Virus record (IMG/VR): IMGVR_UViG_3300045988_001352
Location: 1-6,324 of that record
Reading direction: 5' to 3' (one strand)
DNA: 6,324 bases
From: a virus
Under the pieces are notes generated by a model that worked only from the letters and a program-made list of their open reading frames with translations, made no database searches and was not told the origin of the DNA. A program made the translations under genes and the position numbers. Below are positions 1 through 5,265 of this stretch, piece after piece; within the stretch, counting starts at the first letter, position 1, and each line of letters begins with the position of its first letter.

Positions 1-141
1 AGTAAAATTGGTGTTGCTTCTGCAGTTTCTACTAATTCTGCTTCGGTTCCTTTCTTCGCTTTAGAGGCTTCTGCTTCTAATACTGTTCCCGTTGGTTCTA
101 CTCTTCGTGTTGATTTGTCTACTTTGCAATCTCAGTTCACT
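1..141. repeat. Terminal direct repeat, left copy. It is identical to 6184..6324 and marks a circular genome assembled with overlap.
   Basis: A base-by-base comparison of 1..141 with 6184..6324 shows 141/141 identity. The offset is 6183 nt, which is divisible by 3, so the capsid reading frame is preserved across the junction. Confidence 0.97.
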
Positions 142-933
142 GTTCTTGCACTTCGTCAGGCTGAAGCTCTTCAACGTTGGAAAGAAATCAGCCAATCTGG
201 TGATAGCGACTACCGCGAACAAATTCGTAAACATTTTGGTGTGAACTTGCCTCAAGCTCTTTCCAATTTGTGTACCTATATTGGTGGTATTTCTCGGAAT
301 CTTGACATCAGTGAGGTTGTGAATAATAACCTTGCTTCAGAAGGAGATACTGCTGTTATTGCCGGTAAGGGTGTCGGTACTGGTAATGGAACCTTTGAAT
401 ATACTACTAACGAGCATTGTGTCGTTATGTGTATTTATCATGCCGTTCCTCTTCTTGATTATTCTTTGACCGGTCAGGATGGTCAGTTACTTGTTACTGA
501 TGCTGAGTCTCTCCCGATTCCGGAGTTTGATAATATTGGTATGGAAGTTCTTCCTATGACGCAAATTTTCAATTCTCCACATGCTTCTATTGTTAATTTG
601 TTTAATGCCGGTTATAATCCTCGTTATTTCAATTGGAAAACTAAGCTTGATGTTATCAACGGTGCGTTTACTACTACCCTTAAGTCTTGGGTTTCTCCGG
701 TTACTGAATCTCTTCTTTCCGGATGGTTTGGCTTTGGATACGCTGAAGGTGATGTTAATCAAGGTAATAGGGTTGTTTTGAATTATAAGTTCTTTAAGGT
801 TAACCCTTCTGTTCTTAATCCTATTTTTGGCGTTAATGCCGATTCTACTTGGGATACTGACCAATTGTTGGTTAATTCCTATATCGGTTGTTATGTTGCC
901 CGTAATTTGTCTCGTGATGGTGTACCTTACTAA
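1..933 (+). CDS. VP1: Major capsid protein (Microviridae VP1/F family), C-terminal 310 codons. It is 5'-partial at the window edge and continues from 5266..6324 through the circular junction.
   Basis: Frame 1 is open from base 1 to TAA at 931..933. The ORF-track start at 115 is only an internal TTG. The translation (..LRQAEALQRWKEISQSGDSDYREQIRKHFGV..YHAVPLLDY..) resembles the conserved core of microvirus capsid proteins. It is in frame with 5266..6324 once the 6183-nt circle is closed. Confidence 0.93.
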   Translation, partial: SKIGVASAVSTNSASVPFFALEASASNTVPVGSTLRVDLSTLQSQFTVLALRQAEALQRWKEISQSGDSDYREQIRKHFGVNLPQALSNLCTYIGGISRNLDISEVVNNNLASEGDTAVIAGKGVGTGNGTFEYTTNEHCVVMCIYHAVPLLDYSLTGQDGQLLVTDAESLPIPEFDNIGMEVLPMTQIFNSPHASIVNLFNAGYNPRYFNWKTKLDVINGAFTTTLKSWVSPVTESLLSGWFGFGYAEGDVNQGNRVVLNYKFFKVNPSVLNPIFGVNADSTWDTDQLLVNSYIGCYVARNLSRDGVPY

Positions 934-947
934 ATTTTGTTTTGATT

Positions 948-1430
948 ATGATTGGAAAATTTAATTCTTTGAATAGTTCGGAACAAGGTTCTGTACTTGT
1001 TCCCGATGTTAACCCGGATGCTTTTGCAGTTGCTCCCGAGTTTGATTCTACTGAGGAACTTCGTGTTGAGATTGACGATTCTGACGAAACTCGTCCTGTT
1101 CGTTACACCTCTGATGTCCGTTTGCTTCTTCATACCAAAGACTTGGCTTCTCGTGCTGGTCTTGCCATTGCTTCCAAGTTCGGACAAAGCAGGCAATCTG
1201 CGTCCCAGATTCAGCAGATTATGGATAAGATGTCTGATAATGACCTTTTGGCAACGGTTCGTTCTCGTCATGTTCAGTCTCCTTCTGAGATTATTGCTTG
1301 GTCTAAAGAGTTGTCGGCTTATGCTGAAAATCTTGAATCCCAGGCTCAAGCCTTGATTGATGCTGAAAATGCTAAACAAGAAGCAGAAAAAGCGGCTGCT
1401 GCTCCCGCTGATACTGCTTCCTCTGAATAA
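948..1430 (+). CDS. Hypothetical acidic protein of 160 aa. It is a possible internal scaffolding protein, judged by position and composition only.
   Basis: The ORF lies between the capsid and pilot genes. ATG at 948 is preferred over the TTG at 942 used in the track. It shares the T-rich third-position codon style of the flanking genes. It is D/E-rich with an Ala/Glu-rich C-terminus. Its stop overlaps the VP2 start (TAATG at 1428..1432), which suggests translational coupling. I recognise no family motif. Confidence 0.7.
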   Translation: MIGKFNSLNSSEQGSVLVPDVNPDAFAVAPEFDSTEELRVEIDDSDETRPVRYTSDVRLLLHTKDLASRAGLAIASKFGQSRQSASQIQQIMDKMSDNDLLATVRSRHVQSPSEIIAWSKELSAYAENLESQAQALIDAENAKQEAEKAAAAPADTASSE

Positions 1431-2491
1431 TGGGTCTTTTAGGTTCAATCGCTGGTGGTCTTCTCGGTATTGGTTCTTCCTCTATGCAGAATGCGCAGAA
1501 TAGACAAAATGTCCGAGAGACCAATCAGATGAACTATAAGATAAATCAGATGAACAATCAGTTCAACGAGCGTATGGCTATGCAGCAGCGCGATTTCCAG
1601 GAAAATATGTGGAATAAGGAAAACGCATATAATACTGCTTCCGCGCAACGCCAACGTCTCGAAGAAGCTGGTTTGAATCCTTACATTATGATGAATGGTG
1701 GTTCTGCTGGTACTGCCCAATCTGTTGGCTCTGGTGCCTCTGCTTCTTCTGCCGGTTCTGCTGTCATGCAGCCTTTTCAGGCGGATTATTCAGGCATTCA
1801 GCAAGCTATTGGCTCTGTATTTCAGTCGCAGGTTCAGCAGGCACAGGTTTCTCATTTACAAGGCCAGAAAAATCTTGCAGACGCTCGGGCCATGCAGGCT
1901 CTTTCTTATGTTGATTGGTCTAAAATGACTAAGGAAACTCGAGAGTATTTGAAAGCTACCGGATTAGCTCGTGCTCAGCTTGGTTATTCTAAGGAAATGC
2001 AGGAACTTTATAATATGGCTTTTGCCGGACGTCTTTTGCAGGCTCAAGGTACTTCCCAATTGCTTGATGCTGAAGCTAAGACGGTTCTTAACAAGTATCT
2101 TGACCAGCAGCAGCAGGCTGATTTGAATGTTAAGGCCTCTGAGTATTATAGTCAGATGTCTCATGGCCATTTGAACTATAATCAAGCGAAAAAAGTTCTT
2201 GCTGAAGAAGTCCTTACTTATGCCCGTGCTAAAGGTCAGAAAATCAGTAATAAGGTTGCTGAAGCTACTGCTGATTCTCTAATTCGTGCTTCTAATGCTT
2301 CTAATCATTCGAATGCTGAATTTGAGCTTGAAGCTGCTAAATTTAATCGTGAGCGCGCTCGTTCTCGTAGTATTGAGGATTGGTATCGTTCTCGTAATGA
2401 AGGTAAGAAATATAAGTATTATGATGCCGATAAGGCTGTACATTATGGTACGTCTATTGGTAATACTATAGGAAACTTTCTGCCCTGGTAG
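1430..2491 (+). CDS. VP2: DNA pilot / minor capsid protein (Microviridae VP2, H-like), 353 aa
   Basis: The N-terminus is Gly-rich and hydrophobic (MGLLGSIAGGLLGIGSS). It is followed by a Q/N-rich segment and the motif NKENAYNTASAQRQRLEEAGLNPY, typical of gokusho/alpavirus VP2 pilot proteins. The central region is long and predicted helical, rich in Q, A and K. The gene sits directly downstream of the capsid module. Confidence 0.85.
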   Translation: MGLLGSIAGGLLGIGSSSMQNAQNRQNVRETNQMNYKINQMNNQFNERMAMQQRDFQENMWNKENAYNTASAQRQRLEEAGLNPYIMMNGGSAGTAQSVGSGASASSAGSAVMQPFQADYSGIQQAIGSVFQSQVQQAQVSHLQGQKNLADARAMQALSYVDWSKMTKETREYLKATGLARAQLGYSKEMQELYNMAFAGRLLQAQGTSQLLDAEAKTVLNKYLDQQQQADLNVKASEYYSQMSHGHLNYNQAKKVLAEEVLTYARAKGQKISNKVAEATADSLIRASNASNHSNAEFELEAAKFNRERARSRSIEDWYRSRNEGKKYKYYDADKAVHYGTSIGNTIGNFLPW

Positions 2492-2513
2492 TACTTTTGT
2501 TTGTTGTGTGTTT

Positions 2514-2546
2514 ACCCGGCTCGTAGTGATACGCGTCGGGTTTTTT
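2514..2546 (+). terminator. Rho-independent terminator downstream of VP2
   Basis: ACCCGGCTCGTA (2514..2525) pairs with TACGCGTCGGGT (2530..2541). That gives 12 positions with one mismatch and one G-T pair, closed by a GTGA tetraloop. T2541 closes the stem and begins the T run 2541..2546. The structure starts 23 nt after the VP2 stop codon. Confidence 0.7.
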
Positions 2547-2720
2547 GCTGCTTGGAGTAACTTCCGGCAACCGCGCGTAGCGTGGTTATACACCTCCTTG
2601 AATTCCGGGACGTTAGGACTGGAATCAGAGCCGCCAGGCTATAGTACTGCCTTCCTTAAAGCTTGACGTTTGCAACGCGTAGGCAGTTTTCCAGTGAGCT
2701 TCTCTCTCCCGTCGCTGCTA
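2547..2720. other. GC-rich, hairpin-dense non-coding segment. It is a candidate complementary-strand (minus) origin or attachment/structured element.
   Basis: There is no credible ORF. My hand count gives about 53% G+C over 2511..2720, against about 40% in sampled coding sequence. Three stems are visible. AACCGCGC (2569..2576) pairs with GCGTGGTT (2580..2587) around a GTA loop. TTCCGG (2562..2567) pairs with CCGGGA (2605..2610) and encloses that hairpin. AGCC (2629..2632) pairs with GGCT (2637..2640). The segment lies between the terminator and the promoter, so it is probably largely untranscribed. Confidence 0.45.
2646..2690 (+). terminator. Second stem-loop followed by TTTT. It may be a backup terminator or part of the structured element.
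   Basis: ACTGCCT (2646..2652) pairs perfectly with AGGCAGT (2681..2687). T2687 closes the stem and begins the T run 2687..2690. The 28-nt interior contains a nested CGTT-TGC-AACG mini-hairpin (2667..2677). Confidence 0.35.
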
Positions 2721-2776
2721 TACCCCTAAAAATATAAAAATGTAAATTGGCGAAGCTACATGTGTTTGCCCGAAGG

Positions 2777-2801
2777 GAAAGCTATTTACCTCATAGCTTT
2801 C
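2777..2801. repeat. Perfect 9-bp inverted repeat with a 7-nt spacer
   Basis: GAAAGCTAT (2777..2785) and ATAGCTTTC (2793..2801) are exact reverse complements. The spacer is TTACCTC. Related AAGCTA/TAGCTT copies flank it at 2753..2758 and 2854..2859. Confidence 0.6.
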
Positions 2802-2892
2802 AGTTTCTCCTTGTCTTATATACGCAAACTCACAGACCAGCCTGCCACCCATATAGCTTATTATTATTTTATGTTAATAATTCATATGAGCA

Positions 2893-2925
2893 TTTGGTAT
2901 TTCTGAATTTTTATTTATACATTTG
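2893..2925 (+). promoter_or_regulatory. Candidate Bacteroides-type (sigma-ABfr) promoter: -33 TTTG and -7 TAnnTTTG
   Basis: TTTG lies at 2893..2896 and TACATTTG at 2918..2925, an exact match to TAnnTTTG. They are separated by 21 nt. The site is in the AT-rich part of the intergenic region, 17 nt upstream of the first ATG of the downstream gene string (2943). Confidence 0.5.
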
Positions 2926-2942
2926 TTCTGTCTTTAAAAACA

Positions 2943-3140
2943 ATGTCTAATTTAAAATTCAAGTTTATGGAAAAGTGTTATTTATGCTCTGTGCAATCTA
3001 AGTTGAATCCCAATCAGAACGAAACTATTCTTGTTCCTGTTGACGAAGTTTCTGCATTTGTTTCTTCGCATCTTCGTCCTGATTGCGTACTTATTATTTC
3101 TCATTGTTCAACCTTTAAAGCAATTCCTGATGAAAAGTGA
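2943..3140 (+). CDS. Hypothetical small protein of 65 aa with Cys/His pairs
   Basis: It begins with ATG and is the first ORF after the predicted promoter. Its codon style (ctt, gtt, cct, tct) matches the other phage genes. It contains CxxC (CYLC) near the N-terminus and HLRPDCVLIISHC near the C-terminus. I recognise no family. Confidence 0.5.
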   Translation: MSNLKFKFMEKCYLCSVQSKLNPNQNETILVPVDEVSAFVSSHLRPDCVLIISHCSTFKAIPDEK

Positions 3141-3219
3141 AACTAAATCAAAGATTTGGGCTGCTGTTATTGCGGCTGCTATTAGCCTCCTTACGTCTAT
3201 TTCTAAAATATTTATGTAA
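3130..3219 (+). CDS. Putative 29-aa single-pass membrane peptide (MKSETKSKIWAAVIAAAISLLTSISKIFM), a holin-like or lysis-accessory candidate
   Basis: This is the only ATG in the 3031..3219 frame apart from the codon just before the stop. The upstream part of that ORF is a TTG-started, F/L-rich +1-frame artefact. The peptide has a charged N-terminus followed by a hydrophobic stretch of about 17 residues. It overlaps the end of the preceding ORF by 11 nt and ends 15 nt before the peptidase gene. It is very short, so it remains speculative. Confidence 0.35.
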   Translation: MKSETKSKIWAAVIAAAISLLTSISKIFM

Positions 3220-3234
3220 GTTAAGTCGTAAGTC

Positions 3235-3543
3235 ATGAATCCGGCATTAATGAAATTTATTGAATGGCTCCTTCGTTGGAATATTCATTTCTCTGTTACT
3301 TCTGCTCTTCGTACTAAGAAAGAGAATGAAGCGTGTGGAGGTTCTGTTAATTCCCAGCATTTAACCGGTGATGCTGTTGATTTGAAACCTCTTGATATTT
3401 CAGTGGATGAATTATTTAAGAGAATCAAAGATTCAGGTTTTGAATTCGACCAACTTATAAAGTATCGAACTTTTGTTCACATTTCTTTTGCACGTTGTCG
3501 CAAGCCTCGTCGAATGGAACTTAATTTTACTGATAGAAAATGA
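3235..3543 (+). CDS. Peptidase M15 family (LAS-type zinc D,D- or L,D-peptidase) of 102 aa, a putative endolysin
   Basis: The translation contains the M15 signature ..TSALRTKKENEACGGSVNSQHLTGDAVDL.. This matches the S-x-H-x2-G-x-A-x-D pattern (H42-x6-D49), with a distal FVHIS (H82) as the third zinc ligand and a conserved Arg26. The stop overlaps the VP4 start (ATGA at 3540..3543). Confidence 0.82.
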   Translation: MNPALMKFIEWLLRWNIHFSVTSALRTKKENEACGGSVNSQHLTGDAVDLKPLDISVDELFKRIKDSGFEFDQLIKYRTFVHISFARCRKPRRMELNFTDRK

Positions 3544-5237
3544 TTACTAAAGAATTGCAGAATAAGTTAGTGACTCGTTGTCAGAATCCTCGTACTGTTG
3601 CCAACAAGTATACACATGAACCCGTTGTTGTTTCTTGTGGTTCTTGCCCTTCGTGTATTCTTCGTCGTTCCGGTATTCAGACTAACCTGCTTACTTCTTA
3701 TTCTGCTCAGTTCCGTTATGTATATTTTGTTACTCTTACTTATGCTCCTCAGTTTCTCCCTACGTTGGAAGTTTCGGTTGTTGAGACTTGTACGGACGAT
3801 ATTGCGGATGTTTCCGTTGTTCCCGATATTAATGGCTTGGACGCTTGTGACCCTAATACTTATTTGTTTGGTTTTCGTAGCGTTCCTCGTTCCTCTTCTG
3901 TTAGATTGAAAAGTTCTACTGTAGAACGTACCTTTAAAGACCCTGAGGTTAGATTTACTTATCCTATGAAATCTAAGGATTTATTGTCTATTCTTTGTAA
4001 GATTAACCATAATGTTCCTAATAGAATTCCTTATATTTGTAATCGTGACCTCGATTTATTTTTGAAACGTTTAAGAAGTTACTACCCAGATGCAAAATTA
4101 CGTTACTACGCTGTATCAGAATACGGCCCTACCAGTTTCCGCCCGCATTGGCATTTGTTATTGTTTTCCAATTCCGAACGATTCTCGGAAACTGTTCTTG
4201 AAAATGTATCTAAAGCTTGGTCTTACGGTCGTTGTGATGCGTCATTGTCGAGAGGATTCGCAGCACCGTATGTTGCGTCGTATCTTAATAGCTTTGTCGC
4301 TTTACCCGACTTTTATACTCAGATGCCAAAAGTGGTGCGCCCTAAATCCTTCCATTCCATTGGATTTACAGAATCAAATCTCTTTCCTCGAAAGGTACGA
4401 ATTGCCGAAATTGACAATGTTGCCGATAAGTGTCTTAATGGCGTCCGCGTTGAGCGCAATGGATATTTTCGCACAATTAAACCTTCTTGGCCGTATCTCC
4501 TTCGACTATTCCCCCGATTTTCGGACCCTATTCGTAAATCTCCATCGAGTATTTACCAATTACTTTCTGCTGCGTTCACAGCGCCCGAACGAGTCATTCG
4601 TAGCGGATGTGCTGATATAGGATGTGATCCGTTTGGTGAACGTTCCAAACAAAGTATTTTGTCTTTTTGTAAGTGTTATTTAAATTATGTAGATAATTAT
4701 GGAAAGTCAAATGAATGTAGGAATTTCCTTTCTCCTAAGGCGAATCTACCGCATAGTGATATTCTCATTCTTACTGAATGTCGTTTGTACGATGGTGTTG
4801 ATTTGGAAATTACTCATCGTCTCTCCCGCGTATACCGCTTTTTCCTCGGAATTTCGAAATTTATTCGAATATATTCTCCAGATGGATGCTCAGAACTCTT
4901 TTGGTCCAGCGGCACTCCTGGAGGAGACCTCTTCTGTCGAGAAAGATTCTTACGAATAATTTCTGAAAAGATATTTGGTTTTTGGAAACGTTATGATTAT
5001 AACCGTCTTGTAGACTTTTATCAGACTTTGGAGGATTCCAATGATAAAGATTTGGTCGATTTTGAGATTCGTAACTATTCCTTCCGTTATAATAGAACTG
5101 TTCGTGACAAGGAAAAACCTTACCATGAATTGCCTCTTGTTCGTCGTTTGGTTACCGCTTCATTGATGAAATGTCGGGATAAGGTCAAACATAAGAAGGC
5201 TAATGATTTGTTTGGTATTTACTCTTATCAGGACTAA
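3540..5237 (+). CDS. VP4: Rolling-circle replication initiator (Microviridae VP4 / A-like HUH endonuclease), 565 aa
   Basis: The N-terminus has a C..NP...x..CGSCPSC Cys cluster. Motif 1 is FVTLTY (nt 3726..3743). Motif 2 is the HUH motif RPHWHLLLF (HWH at nt 4146..4154). Motif 3 has two tyrosines, APYVASYLN (Y at 4269..4271 and 4281..4283), to be compared with YVAKY in phiX174 protein A. Confidence 0.93.
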   Translation: MITKELQNKLVTRCQNPRTVANKYTHEPVVVSCGSCPSCILRRSGIQTNLLTSYSAQFRYVYFVTLTYAPQFLPTLEVSVVETCTDDIADVSVVPDINGLDACDPNTYLFGFRSVPRSSSVRLKSSTVERTFKDPEVRFTYPMKSKDLLSILCKINHNVPNRIPYICNRDLDLFLKRLRSYYPDAKLRYYAVSEYGPTSFRPHWHLLLFSNSERFSETVLENVSKAWSYGRCDASLSRGFAAPYVASYLNSFVALPDFYTQMPKVVRPKSFHSIGFTESNLFPRKVRIAEIDNVADKCLNGVRVERNGYFRTIKPSWPYLLRLFPRFSDPIRKSPSSIYQLLSAAFTAPERVIRSGCADIGCDPFGERSKQSILSFCKCYLNYVDNYGKSNECRNFLSPKANLPHSDILILTECRLYDGVDLEITHRLSRVYRFFLGISKFIRIYSPDGCSELFWSSGTPGGDLFCRERFLRIISEKIFGFWKRYDYNRLVDFYQTLEDSNDKDLVDFEIRNYSFRYNRTVRDKEKPYHELPLVRRLVTASLMKCRDKVKHKKANDLFGIYSYQD

Positions 5238-5265
5238 TAATTTTTAATTTTAAAATGTTTTTTTT

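Noticed and set aside
2611-2640. GGACTGGAATCAGAGCCGCCA looked superficially like a tRNA T-arm/acceptor/CCA 3' end, which would suggest a tRNA-derived att site. GCCGCC..ACTGCC..AAGC also recalled twister ribozyme boxes.
   Set aside because: The loop has 4 nt, not the 7-nt TTCRANY T-loop, and no matching acceptor or D/anticodon arms occur on either strand. For twister, there is no complementary GGCGG to close P1, and the ACTGCCT pairs instead with AGGCAGT as a simple hairpin.
2531-2680. Two ACGCGT palindromes at 2531..2536 and 2675..2680, and an AAGCTT at 2659..2664, in the intergenic block.
   Set aside because: Short 6-bp palindromes are expected inside GC-rich hairpin stems. There is no evidence of any function beyond contributing to the stems already described.
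2747-2950. A 67-aa TTG-started ORF, and a 48-aa ATG ORF at 2760..2906 (MCLPEGKAIYLIAFSFSLSYIRKLTDQPATHIAYYYFMLIIHMSIWYF) with two hydrophobic stretches, both inside the intergenic block.
   Set aside because: Their codon style differs from the phage genes, with several ATA and C-ending codons. They span the perfect palindrome and the predicted promoter, and there is no upstream promoter. The hydrophobic character is expected from AT/T-rich sequence. They are not called as genes, though the 48-aa ORF could be revisited if it is conserved in relatives.
3126-3145. CTGATGA followed by GAAAC, resembling the hammerhead ribozyme core boxes.
   Set aside because: There is no helix II between the boxes (only AAAGT), there are no flanking helices I or III, and the sequence is explained by overlapping coding regions.
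5207-5265. A possible second Bacteroides-type promoter in front of VP1. TTTG lies at 5207..5210 and 5211..5214, and TAATTTTT at 5238..5245.
   Set aside because: The -7 element is only a near match (final T instead of G). The spacing of 23 nt from the closer TTTG is outside the usual range, and the 28-nt gap is simply very AT-rich. VP1 is more simply explained as part of the long polycistronic transcript.
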